A stretch of 64,000 nucleotides of DNA from a virus: IMG/VR virus record IMGVR_UViG_3300032053_000047, positions 1 to 64,000 of that record; one strand, given 5' to 3'. The stretch's first letter is position 1, and every line of letters starts with the position of its first letter. Below the pieces are notes generated by a model that made no database searches, had not been told where the DNA came from, and saw nothing but the letters and a program-made list of their open reading frames with translations. The position numbers were made by a program, and so were the translations under genes. This document shows positions 36,560 through 45,688 of this stretch, piece after piece.

Positions 36560-38092
36560 ATGCGAAAATACACACCTTTTGCCCTTGCCGCTCTAGTCCT
36601 GATTTTCGTTTGTACTATCGCCGGGTTTTCGGGCGTTGTTCTGCACAGATCCGTTAAGATCGGTATGGATGACAGCGTTGGCCTCACAATTGACGACGCC
36701 GGGGCCGTGGACACCGACGGCGCAATACTGTCGGCCTCTACCGTCACGGGTACGCGACTCATTTCAACTATCGCCACCGGCACGGCCCCGCTGACTGTGG
36801 CAAGTACGACGGAGGTTGCCAACCTCAGAGCGGCAAAGGCGACGGCGCTTAACACGCCCCGCGCAATCAACGGCGTGAACTTCGACGGCACAGCGCCGAT
36901 CACGGTGCCGGTCAACAATACGAATGACACCGCGACCAATGCCTCAGTCTTTCCCGTTTGGGTTAAGACGGCAGCCGGCAACTACAGTGCCTATGTCACA
37001 ACGGACGACCTCTATTTCAATCCCTTCACGGGGATGCTAACGGCGGCGGGGTTGACGGCCAGTGACGGTACTAATGGGACGGTATACCTTAAACGTGTAT
37101 CGAATGCGTCACCAAACGTAGCACAAACGGTTTTCGCGACACGTGTTGGGATTAATGAAGTAATTCACTGGCTTGTGGGACTCAGGGGAGACCTAGCACC
37201 CGGAACAGAAGATTTTGGATTCTACAACAACGCAATGTCGTGGGTTCCGACACTATTACTTCAATATGCCACTGGCAACGTTGGCATCGGGACGACGGTG
37301 TTTGATTATGTTGCGTTTCCGTGGACTACTGCTATTCACTGTAGTACAGTTATTAAAGGGAAGACATCTGGCATATCCGGTGATTCTCCACTAGCGTTGA
37401 TAGACAGCAATTCTCAAGTGTCTGCAATATTTGCAAACAGTGGAAGACTCGATTTGATTAATTATGGTGGATTTGGAGGGACAATGGTTTTACAGAATCA
37501 GACTTCCCCGGCTGTTAATGATGAGCAGACAGGACATTATGCCTTTTCTGGAAGAAATTCTGCCGGAAATATGAACACAACTGGAACGATTTTCAATTTT
37601 ATTCGAGATGTTACAGAGACCAGTATGAACAGCGAATTTCATTTTGGTTTTATGGATCATCAGGATGCAAGTGGGAGCGACTATAAACAGCCAAATAGAT
37701 ATATTGTTCTCGGTTACCAAGGCTTGAATCTTATAGACTATCCGTTAAACACAACCGGCGTAATTACTTCTGGCGGGATCATTAGTACCGGGCCGATATC
37801 CAGTTCCACCGTAACCACATTCACCGGTAATGATACGACTCCATCTGTTGCCTCGGGGAACCTTTTCATTGTGCCGGGCACATGGACGACGGGCAACAAT
37901 GTAGTTGATTTCGACGGTGGGTCTATTGGGCAGACACTCCACATTCGCGGTGGTGACAGTGATTGCGTCGTAGTTGACGGGGGCGAGTTGGCGTTAACCG
38001 GAAATTGGATAGCCGCTACTAATGCAACTCTCGTGTTGACTATGTACACACTCGGGAACTGGACGGAAGAAAGCCGCTCGGCTAACGGATAG
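36560..38092 (+). CDS. tail fibre-like protein with N-terminal signal/TM segment
   Basis: ATGTAPLTVASTT, PRAINGVNFDGT, GNVGIGTT fibre motifs; hydrophobic N-terminus. Confidence 0.7.
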   Translation: MRKYTPFALAALVLIFVCTIAGFSGVVLHRSVKIGMDDSVGLTIDDAGAVDTDGAILSASTVTGTRLISTIATGTAPLTVASTTEVANLRAAKATALNTPRAINGVNFDGTAPITVPVNNTNDTATNASVFPVWVKTAAGNYSAYVTTDDLYFNPFTGMLTAAGLTASDGTNGTVYLKRVSNASPNVAQTVFATRVGINEVIHWLVGLRGDLAPGTEDFGFYNNAMSWVPTLLLQYATGNVGIGTTVFDYVAFPWTTAIHCSTVIKGKTSGISGDSPLALIDSNSQVSAIFANSGRLDLINYGGFGGTMVLQNQTSPAVNDEQTGHYAFSGRNSAGNMNTTGTIFNFIRDVTETSMNSEFHFGFMDHQDASGSDYKQPNRYIVLGYQGLNLIDYPLNTTGVITSGGIISTGPISSSTVTTFTGNDTTPSVASGNLFIVPGTWTTGNNVVDFDGGSIGQTLHIRGGDSDCVVVDGGELALTGNWIAATNATLVLTMYTLGNWTEESRSANG

Positions 38093-38152
38093 GAGATTCA
38101 TATGAACATCATATTGAAATGGATAATGGCGACAAATTAAAGGTGATGGTAA

Positions 38153-38692
38153 ATGATACTTGCTGAGATCCGCCGCCTTTGCGTTGACTGCGCAGCCCGG
38201 TTTCCCAATCCGGAACATGCGGCGGATTTGCTGCTCGGCACTGCCGCGCAGGAAAGCGGGTTTATACATCGGCGACAGATCGGGTTTGGCGACGAACTCC
38301 GCGGCGGGTTTGGATTGTGGCAGGTTGAACCGGGATCTATAAAAAGTAGCCTATCCTATATTAACAGACGGCTTGAGTTTACTGTGGCAGGCTTAGCGTT
38401 TCTCGCGTCTTATCAATTTGGGTTATGCGATCTACTCCGTTCACAAAACGTTGCTGACATCGCCAACATCATGCGGGATCCGGCAGGCGATCCTATGGCA
38501 TGTTTATTTGCCCGCTATCATTTCCTGCGCATATCCGCGCCGATTCCCGAGGATTTACATGCACAAGCAGCCTATTGGAAGCAATACTACAATACTAAAC
38601 GTGGTAAAGGGATAGCGCAACAGTATATAGATAATTGGCAGAGACTATGCCAACAGGAGGAGGACAGAGCCGGAGACCATAATGAGCCGTGA
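38153..38692 (+). CDS. putative endolysin (lysozyme-like fold)
   Basis: LLLGTAAQESG, GLWQVEP, YWKQYYNT; follows tail genes. Confidence 0.7.
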   Translation: MILAEIRRLCVDCAARFPNPEHAADLLLGTAAQESGFIHRRQIGFGDELRGGFGLWQVEPGSIKSSLSYINRRLEFTVAGLAFLASYQFGLCDLLRSQNVADIANIMRDPAGDPMACLFARYHFLRISAPIPEDLHAQAAYWKQYYNTKRGKGIAQQYIDNWQRLCQQEEDRAGDHNEP

Positions 38693-38975
38693 TCATTTAA
38701 AGGTTGGCAACATCGTATATCTAGTTATCCGAAAAGCAAAAATTATTTTCCGCGGTAAGGAACAGGGCGGTCTGTTTTGTCCAAAAGAACAGGAAATACA
38801 TATTCTCGATGGAATCCCCCACAATGACGAGCAGGAATATAGGTAGGAAGAGATATTACATACTGTTGAATTCCAACAGGGGTTGAATATCAATCACAAA
38901 CACTTACGGGTGCTCGCAGCCGCGATACCCTACATTCTCCGCGATAACCCCTATATGAGGCGAGGGGCTGAATGA
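38682..38975 (+). pseudogene. metalloprotease-like phage ORF with in-frame TAG at 38844
   Basis: MSRDHLKVG...EQEYR*EEILH...ILRDNP; overlaps both neighbours. Confidence 0.6.
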
Positions 38976-39769
38976 CTATAGAGACAATCGGGATAATTGC
39001 CGACTTGCATTGTGGGAGCAAATGCGGCCTCTTGCCGCCGTCATACTGGAATGATTATACCCCGGACGCGATCAAGTGGCTATGGGAACAGTACACTACA
39101 CTTCTAACGTTGTGGCCGAAACGTCTTGATCTACTCATTATTAATGGCGATCCTATTGATGGGAAACAATCGCGGGCCGCAGGGACAGGGCTTGTGGACA
39201 ATGACCTGAGCGGCCAGGTGCGGATCGCTATCGAATGTCTTGAGCCATTTGTGGAACGATCCGGCAAGACAATCCGCATGTGCGGCACAGCATACCATGA
39301 ATCATTCGATGGGCCGCTTGCCGCACTTGATGAACATTTCGGAATCACGCGACCGCCGACGTACCAGAAAGAAATTATCCGCGACATCGAACTTGAAGAC
39401 GGGGCGATCCTGAACATCAAACATCAGCCGGAAGGCGAAGGGATGCTTTATCGCGGGACAGGATATGACCGTGAACTATTATGGGCAACAGTGACGGAAA
39501 CATTAAAGCATTTTCCACGGGCAACGCATATTGTCCGTGCGCACATTCATTCAGATGGTCACATGCGCGGATTCGGCAAGGAAATCAACATCTGTCCATG
39601 CTGGTGTTTTCAGGCACCGTATGCGCTACACAAAAAGCGGTATCGTTGGGTTCCTGACATTGGTGCAATACTAATGCGGCGAGACCCAGAAGGCTATAAA
39701 GGATACAATACGTGGATCAAAACTTTCCCAATCCCGGCAGAAGGAGCGGACAGTTATGACGATCTCTAA
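38972..39769 (+). CDS. calcineurin-like metallophosphoesterase
   Basis: ADLHCG, NGDPIDG, GTAYH, RAHIH. Confidence 0.85.
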   Translation: MTIETIGIIADLHCGSKCGLLPPSYWNDYTPDAIKWLWEQYTTLLTLWPKRLDLLIINGDPIDGKQSRAAGTGLVDNDLSGQVRIAIECLEPFVERSGKTIRMCGTAYHESFDGPLAALDEHFGITRPPTYQKEIIRDIELEDGAILNIKHQPEGEGMLYRGTGYDRELLWATVTETLKHFPRATHIVRAHIHSDGHMRGFGKEINICPCWCFQAPYALHKKRYRWVPDIGAILMRRDPEGYKGYNTWIKTFPIPAEGADSYDDL

Positions 39770-40076
39770 TCCAAACATCGTCGCCGCATGGATTCATGCG
39801 CAATTAGCTGAAGCGGATATACCTTCAATTGAACGCATCTATAATGCTGTGATGGCTGCATATAAAACTGCCGTTGAATCAGGCGATAAGACCCTATTGG
39901 CTACGCGGCACATAGTGGGGTGTACCCTTAACCTATCTGGTCCGCAAGTAGGGCGGTATTTGTGTGAATTAAAAAACAATGGGCGGATACAGTCATTTCG
40001 AGTAGGCAAAGATGTGTATTACGTTCCACGAATCGAAATAAAAACCAGCGGCCCGACCGCCGCAGAAAGTGAGTAA
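39756..40076 (+). CDS. winged-HTH protein
   Basis: helix-turn-helix plus wing (VGKDVYY). Confidence 0.5.
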   Translation: MTISNPNIVAAWIHAQLAEADIPSIERIYNAVMAAYKTAVESGDKTLLATRHIVGCTLNLSGPQVGRYLCELKNNGRIQSFRVGKDVYYVPRIEIKTSGPTAAESE

Positions 40077-40080
40077 CAAA

Positions 40081-40497
40081 ATGAAGACGAGTATTGCGAT
40101 TTTGATGTGTATGGTGGCGCTCCTTATTGGCGTCAGTTACGTGTCCGCGGACGCGGGCGGGATGGCGAAGGTGCGCGAGTTAACTGTAAATCAGGCGTTG
40201 GCAGCGAACGGTGCCGCCATCGATCTATACCCATGCACAACTGCCGTCGAGTTCGGCAGTCTATATCTTGATAAAGGCTGCAAAGGCTATGACGCAATCG
40301 ACGGCGATATTAGTCACCTGGTTGAATCAACCTATTTAGACGGCCCCGTGGACACGAATGTGCTGAATGGTATTTTTCGCGTCCGCTACGATGTGACCAA
40401 CAGTAAAGGGATACCGGCGGAACCTGCCGTTCGGAGGATTGTCGTAATCGACACGCGCCCTCCGATACTGGAGATCGAAGGTTGCGACGAATTCTAA
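40081..40497 (+). CDS. secreted Ig-like (DUF5011-type) protein
   Basis: signal peptide; YDAIDGDIS, VDTN..G...YDVTNSKG, VIDTRPP. Confidence 0.75.
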   Translation: MKTSIAILMCMVALLIGVSYVSADAGGMAKVRELTVNQALAANGAAIDLYPCTTAVEFGSLYLDKGCKGYDAIDGDISHLVESTYLDGPVDTNVLNGIFRVRYDVTNSKGIPAEPAVRRIVVIDTRPPILEIEGCDEF

Positions 40498-40645
40498 TCG
40501 CGGTCTTCGCCGTTGTCTTGTGGTTTATTTTCGCCCTTGCATCGAGGCGGCGTAGACGGTGTAGGAAATGACGCGCAGGCAGATTGTAAAACTTGTATGG
40601 ACAACATGGCGGCGGAAACGCCGGATAGAAAAAGAGGTACAGAAA

Positions 40646-41011
40646 ATGGATGTTGAGTTGAAACCCTATAAGCCTGAATTGACGCAGGCTAAGGCCGCCA
40701 AGGCTGCGGGGCCGGTAGCTATTGCCGCCGCAGTTGTTGCGCTTTTGCGAGTCGCATTTGGCGACTACCTATTTTGGGGACCTGACAAAGATGCCGTTGC
40801 TGCTGGCGTTGCAGCTACGGCGGTCGCGGGCATATGGAAATACTGGTCCGACCGGCGCAAACACAAGCAGATCGAAGCGGAAGCGTTGGCCGCTGTTGAA
40901 GCGCAAACGAAGGCGGAAACACAAACTGCTTTTTTGAAAGAGATGCACGAAACGGCGGCAGCAAATCGAAAGGCAAAAGATGAAAAAGATACCAGCATTG
41001 GATCGCCATGA
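40646..41011 (+). CDS. holin-like membrane protein
   Basis: two hydrophobic segments; charged C-terminus. Confidence 0.55.
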   Translation: MDVELKPYKPELTQAKAAKAAGPVAIAAAVVALLRVAFGDYLFWGPDKDAVAAGVAATAVAGIWKYWSDRRKHKQIEAEALAAVEAQTKAETQTAFLKEMHETAAANRKAKDEKDTSIGSP

Positions 41012-41390
41012 CGTTCGGCCAATCTAAACTGCCCGCCGCGCCGGACGCCGCTGCGTTGGGACGCCAGGAAGCCCAGCACGGGGCCGCGTTTGACCCGCAG
41101 CACGTGCGCGAGCGGACTAAGGGTATAAGCGTCCGGTTCCTGCTGCTCGCCTTGTTGAGGCGGCTGCGGCATAAATAGTTTTCCCCACGTCGCCGGGCCT
41201 ATCCCTCCCCCGGCGACTCCTCCCCAGCCCGTCCCGGATAGCCCACCGGGGCGGGCACCCTGTTTGCTATCGAGTCCGCTGAAAATACACCCTTACTATA
41301 CTACCGCAATATCAATATTTTCCCGCCCGATTATCCCGTAACTCTATACGGCACAAGGACTTACGGCCTTCGTAATTATTTTAAAAAGTG

Positions 41391-41421
41391 TTGACTTTTC
41401 ACCCTGATTATAGGTTATAAT
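41391..41421 (+). promoter_or_regulatory. promoter of the early small-gene array
   Basis: TTGACT and TATAAT (19-nt spacer) with AT-rich upstream region. Confidence 0.55.
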
Positions 41422-41462
41422 TAATGTAGAAAGTTGAGGCCCGCGAGGGCGAGGAGACGGAA

Positions 41463-41885
41463 ATGGAATGGGTTTATGATGACGGCGGCAGGGCATCGGC
41501 GGGATTCCGCGGTTGCACTAACGACTGTGTAACCCGCGCGGTCGCTATTGCGGCGAAATTGCCCTATGTCACTGTCTACTCCGCAATCAATGCCATTGCC
41601 CAGGCAGAGAAACCGCGCAACGGCCGGAAACGTTCGGGCGCCAGAACGGGTGTAATGAAACCGACAACTCGCCGATACATTGAGTCGCTAGGTTGGGTAT
41701 GGACACCCACAATATCCATCGGGAGCGGTTGTAAGGTGCATTTACGAAACGGCGAATTGCCCATGGGATGCCTGATTATTTCAGTATCACGCCATATTGT
41801 TGCCGTAATCGATGGCATTATCCATGACACGCACGATTGTAGCCGGGGCGAAACCCGCTGTGTTTACGGATATTGGTCAAAATAA
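41463..41885 (+). CDS. conserved phage protein (papain-like Cys/His motif)
   Basis: DCVTRAVAIA, HIVAVIDGIIHDTHD. Confidence 0.75.
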   Translation: MEWVYDDGGRASAGFRGCTNDCVTRAVAIAAKLPYVTVYSAINAIAQAEKPRNGRKRSGARTGVMKPTTRRYIESLGWVWTPTISIGSGCKVHLRNGELPMGCLIISVSRHIVAVIDGIIHDTHDCSRGETRCVYGYWSK

Positions 41886-41923
41886 TTCCAGCCCGGCTTA
41901 ACGGCCCGCGAGGGCAAGGGAGA

Positions 41924-42187
41924 ATGCAGATGAAGTTTAGTTGCGGCCATGAGGGAGAAACCCCGCGAGACATGGGGCGCGGCAGGGCGCGGCAGTTGAG
42001 ACTCGTGTGCTATTTCGACCGACTCTGCCCCGAGTGTCATCGTGCAAAGTGGACCGCATTTTTCGCAGGAGATCATCATATCACGGGTAGGGTTTATACT
42101 GCGGATGAACAGGCGCGGGCCGTAGAACGCATGATGACGAGTTGGGAATGCCAAACGAGGCGCATTGTACAATTTTACCGTAGCTAA
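41924..42187 (+). CDS. zinc-binding small protein
   Basis: FSCGH...LCPEC; hairpin-SD leader. Confidence 0.65.
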   Translation: MQMKFSCGHEGETPRDMGRGRARQLRLVCYFDRLCPECHRAKWTAFFAGDHHITGRVYTADEQARAVERMMTSWECQTRRIVQFYRS

Positions 42188-42214
42188 TAGCCCGCGAGGG
42201 CAGGAGGATCGGAA

Positions 42215-42565
42215 ATGAGAATCACGCGAGTCACTAACAGCCGGTTTGAAATCGTGTCAGGCTCCAACACGTATCACATTGATCATTATCGGTCCGTTGG
42301 GCAGATGAGGTGGACGTGCAGCTGCCCCGCGCTGGGCGCGTGCAAACACCTACGCACGGTGCGAGGGTGCGAGGGGCTGGGGGTGGGAGATAGCATCGAA
42401 CTCGATGCCACACCGAGACCGAAACCGGGACCGGTTGTGGAACATATCGAGACGGAAAGGATAGATGAAGATTACGAGGATCAGCACATGGCCGACGATG
42501 TGGCCCCCGAAATTGAGGCTGCTCGTAGAGGCCGTGCGGCCTATCGTCGGTTTTTGGGATACTGA
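42215..42565 (+). CDS. SWIM zinc-finger protein
   Basis: WTCSCP....CKH. Confidence 0.75.
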   Translation: MRITRVTNSRFEIVSGSNTYHIDHYRSVGQMRWTCSCPALGACKHLRTVRGCEGLGVGDSIELDATPRPKPGPVVEHIETERIDEDYEDQHMADDVAPEIEAARRGRAAYRRFLGY

Positions 42566-42596
42566 CAACGCCCGCGAGGGCAAGGGAGAAACGAAC

Positions 42597-42803
42597 ATGT
42601 GGACCATGATCGAAAACAGCGATGGGAGCGAATGGCTGCACCATGACGGCGAACCCTACGCGCGGACGACGCCGTGGCCGGCCGATGCGGACCTGCTCGC
42701 GGCCACTGGCGCAATCCTATTGGGCGAGATCCGGCGAATCACCGGAACCATTTTTGCATTCGGCACGCCAACCAGCCCCGAGTTTTTCACCACGATGTTT
42801 TAG
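42597..42803 (+). CDS. hypothetical protein
   Basis: hairpin-SD leader. Confidence 0.6.
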   Translation: MWTMIENSDGSEWLHHDGEPYARTTPWPADADLLAATGAILLGEIRRITGTIFAFGTPTSPEFFTTMF

Positions 42804-42872
42804 CCTCGATGGCGGTCCCCTGCGGGGGATCGACGTGGACGCACAATAGCCCGAGAGGGCAAGGAGACGGAA

Positions 42873-43151
42873 ATGGAAACGCGGAAATGCCCAAACGTAT
42901 TATGCCCCGGCACAATGTACTACTCTGACGACATGGAAAACCCGTTTGCCGGGACCGATGATCACACCCCATTTTGGCAGTGCGAGTTATGCGGGGATTG
43001 TCAGCCGGAATACACCGCGGCACAGAAACGCCTAATCGAAGAACGGAGGCTAAACTCCCGCTGGGAAAATGCGACTGAGCATGAAATGGCGACAACCCCG
43101 GAAACCGAGGAATACTCGGACGAACGGTACGACCAGGAGAATCAGGACTAA
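42873..43151 (+). CDS. acidic zinc-ribbon protein
   Basis: CPNVLC...CELC; hairpin-SD leader. Confidence 0.65.
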   Translation: METRKCPNVLCPGTMYYSDDMENPFAGTDDHTPFWQCELCGDCQPEYTAAQKRLIEERRLNSRWENATEHEMATTPETEEYSDERYDQENQD

Positions 43152-43226
43152 TTCCGCCCCGCCCGCTGTCCCCTACGGAGGGCCGACGTGGACGCTACGC
43201 CCGCGAGGGAGAGTGGAACATGGAAC

Positions 43227-43445
43227 ATGGCACTAACAAGCAAGGAAGCCATATACGCTGAGATGATCGATGAATTGCACAGGTCACATGCGATGCTACG
43301 ACGTCGGCGGACAAGTGCAGCCCTGCGGACCGCACGTCGAAACATCCATCGTCTGTTGGCGGGTGTGCTCATTGGTGCCTACCCAACCGAGGAGCAATGC
43401 CGCACGGCGATCTGCCAACATCAGGTGGCGATGCGCGGTATCTAA
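43227..43445 (+). CDS. hypothetical protein
   Basis: hairpin leader. Confidence 0.5.
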   Translation: MALTSKEAIYAEMIDELHRSHAMLRRRRTSAALRTARRNIHRLLAGVLIGAYPTEEQCRTAICQHQVAMRGI

Positions 43446-43499
43446 CAGTGCCGGTGACAAGCCCGGCACACAGCCCCGCGAGGGCGAGGGAGAAATGGC

Positions 43500-43682
43500 A
43501 TGGAAGAAGGAGCGCAACGATATTACCGGGTTATGTGGAACGGGAAAACGCATAGACGATTTGACGAGTTTGAGGATGCTTTAACTTGTCTGCGCCGCCG
43601 ACTAGCAAAACACCCAGGCGCAAACATCGTTATCGTCGAAATCGCCGTCAAGACCACAATTGAGCAAGTGTATCCAGCATAA
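43500..43682 (+). CDS. hypothetical protein
   Basis: hairpin-SD leader. Confidence 0.55.
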   Translation: MEEGAQRYYRVMWNGKTHRRFDEFEDALTCLRRRLAKHPGANIVIVEIAVKTTIEQVYPA

Positions 43683-43780
43683 CGCCGCGCACACTGCCCC
43701 AGGCGGGGCGACCGCGGACGGGATAGGGATAGAGCGCCACGGGAAACAACGCGCCGGAGAGCGCAAAGGGAGACGTGAAC

Positions 43781-43915
43781 ATGATTAAGCATTGCACACA
43801 ATGCGGGGAAAAACACGAAGAATTAGAACCCTGTCCAGAACTAATTCTTAAGAAATGGTTCCCCGGTGTGAAAGGAATCGGGCCGGATGGGAAGCCGTTA
43901 AAAGGTATTTGGTAA
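43781..43915 (+). CDS. small Cys-rich protein (absent from ORF track)
   Basis: GGGAG SD; MIKHCTQCGEKH. Confidence 0.5.
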   Translation: MIKHCTQCGEKHEELEPCPELILKKWFPGVKGIGPDGKPLKGIW

Positions 43916-43944
43916 CAACGCGCCACGGCGCGGAAAGGCAGAGG

Positions 43945-44181
43945 ATGCCAACCTTTGAAATTGATAAAAATGGGTATCCGCGACTTGTACCAAATGCACC
44001 CGAGTGCGGATGCCAATATCGAACTGCGGAAGGTCCAGACGGAAAGTGTGAACAGGTTTTGGTTCAGGCTTGTGATTTACATGCCGCAAACCCCAAAGCC
44101 CGCTATATGAAACCATTGCAACAGGGATGGACCGTAGAGGAGCCGCGCACGCAAATAGAAAAAAGAGTAGAGGAAAGGTAG
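43945..44181 (+). CDS. hypothetical protein
   Basis: GAGG SD; CGC...CDLH. Confidence 0.5.
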   Translation: MPTFEIDKNGYPRLVPNAPECGCQYRTAEGPDGKCEQVLVQACDLHAANPKARYMKPLQQGWTVEEPRTQIEKRVEER

Positions 44182-44183
44182 AG

Positions 44184-44366
44184 ATGAAACACAACATAAC
44201 TCCCGCCCCTAAACGCGCGGGCCGCCCACCGCTGGACCGGTATACCACACGCACCATGTTTGACCTTAGCGACGAAGATCGGGCGCTATTGCTCGAACTC
44301 GGCAATAGCGTGAGTATGGCGGCGGGCTTGCGGCGGCTACTGGAAAAAGCCCGTGGCAACGTTTAA
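44184..44366 (+). CDS. small DNA-binding protein (ribbon-helix-helix-like)
   Basis: RAGRPP followed by beta-helix-helix pattern. Confidence 0.6.
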   Translation: MKHNITPAPKRAGRPPLDRYTTRTMFDLSDEDRALLLELGNSVSMAAGLRRLLEKARGNV

Positions 44367-44548
44367 ATGCCTATGGCAATCCGTGGCAATGTTGCCATAA
44401 GATACGATAATGTTCAGTAGTATACGGTTGTTTGTTGCCATTGTGAACATTAAAAACCCCTTGTTTTATGGGGTTTTTGAAAACTGGCGGAGAGGCCGGG
44501 ATTTGGCTTATACCCCTGATTCATTGGCCTTTTTCTACTCGTTGCCAC
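44353..44548. other. attP with core = tRNA-Ser 3' end (44485-44505) and arm-type RTGGCAAY repeats
   Basis: minus strand CAAATCCCGGCCTCTCCGCCA; repeats at 44353, 44373, 44383, 44391, 44434, 44541; adjacent to integrase. Confidence 0.85.
44452..44478. terminator. bidirectional intrinsic terminator
   Basis: AAAAACCCC-N9-GGGGTTTTT. Confidence 0.7.
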
Positions 44549-44563
44549 AAGTGACGTGCATTT

Positions 44564-45688
44564 TCAGGTAAATCGCGCCTGCGCCGCGTCTAATTTCGGC
44601 TTGCAATTTCCGGGGTGGACGTAGTGCATTGTCATGCGGATATCGCTATGCCCGGCCTGTCTCTGGACATCCGGCAGGGGTATTCCCCAAACGTTGACGG
44701 CCAGACTGCAAAACGTGTGGCGGAGGTCTTTGACGTTGCACCGCCGCTCGAATCCCTCAGCTGCCAATGCCCGCGTGAGGCCATTGTAGAGGATGTTGTT
44801 CGTGAGGGGATATCCCTCAGTCCCAGTAAACACAATTTCACTACTGATCCCCCGCACCCGTTCCCGTTCCAGGACAGCAATCACGGCCCCGCTGATTTCA
44901 AATGTTGCTAGTCGCCGCGCCTTCTTTTGAGTCCGTTCCACAATTCCCGTTTTCAGGTTTACTTGCCGCCATTTCAGCGCCGTCGCGTCCGAAGGCCGCT
45001 GGCCAGTCAATCCAATCCATCGGATACAATTGGCAATGTGTGGCGCTCGTTGGGCGACAATTTCAAAGACGCGGGCGAGTTGATCCTCAGTCAGCGGCCA
45101 GATCTCCGGTTCCTCGCATTTCGGCAGGAGCCATTTGCGGATCGGCGACTGGCCTATCAGTTCCCGATCCACAGCGGCGTTCAGACAGGCCCTCAACATC
45201 ATCAGCCGGTTCCGCGTCGTCTTGGCCGCATGGCCATCCCGGATGCGGCTGTCGGCGGCCCAGGCGTCCACAGTAGCCGGTGTGAGTTGGGATACCCGCC
45301 CGATATTGCGGCCCGCGCAGAATTGTTGGAAATCATATAGGACGCGGTTCGCCAGCGCGATTGTGCCGTCCGCAGCATTTTTCGCAGGTAGCACTTTATC
45401 TACATAATGGTCAACAATATCCCGAATACGGGGCCCCGCCGGGTCTTCCCCATCGGTCTGGGCCTCAGCAGCATGGTCTGTTATGAGTGCCGGCACGACT
45501 TCTTCCTTATATTGAGTCAGTGCGGCGTGGGCCTCAGCCTCCGACTGGGCGTTTATAAGCCGCCGGGTCCGCTCCTTTGTCCCCGGCCAATAAGTACTAA
45601 TCCCCCAGCGGTTTTTGGCGCGGTTGCGGTAGAGTGAGACGATAGGTTCGTTACGGCGCATGGGGCGACTCGGTTTTGACGACTTCAA
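44564..45688 (-). CDS. int: tyrosine integrase
   Basis: TGQRPSD (R), KDLRHT, AGHSDIRMTMHY (H, Y). Confidence 0.93.
   Translation of the reverse strand: MKSSKPSRPMRRNEPIVSLYRNRAKNRWGISTYWPGTKERTRRLINAQSEAEAHAALTQYKEEVVPALITDHAAEAQTDGEDPAGPRIRDIVDHYVDKVLPAKNAADGTIALANRVLYDFQQFCAGRNIGRVSQLTPATVDAWAADSRIRDGHAAKTTRNRLMMLRACLNAAVDRELIGQSPIRKWLLPKCEEPEIWPLTEDQLARVFEIVAQRAPHIANCIRWIGLTGQRPSDATALKWRQVNLKTGIVERTQKKARRLATFEISGAVIAVLERERVRGISSEIVFTGTEGYPLTNNILYNGLTRALAAEGFERRCNVKDLRHTFCSLAVNVWGIPLPDVQRQAGHSDIRMTMHYVHPGNCKPKLDAAQARFT

Larger units (their letters stand above)
41439..43485 (+). repeat. seven dispersed GCCC-GNRA-GGGC hairpin plus RBS leaders
   Basis: copies at 41439, 41904, 42190, 42570, 42849, 43199, 43473. 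Confidence 0.85.

Noticed and set aside
40222-40240. Gapped match of array-1 dinucleotides CT.TA.CC.TG.AC to the Ig-like gene
   Set aside because: Only 5 of 14 dinucleotides match; about what chance gives in 64 kb on two strands
41336-41367. Imperfect inverted repeat CCGTAACTC...GACTTACGG (similar at ~5760 and ~47580)
   Set aside because: Too degenerate to assign; possibly a nucleoid-protein or regulator site
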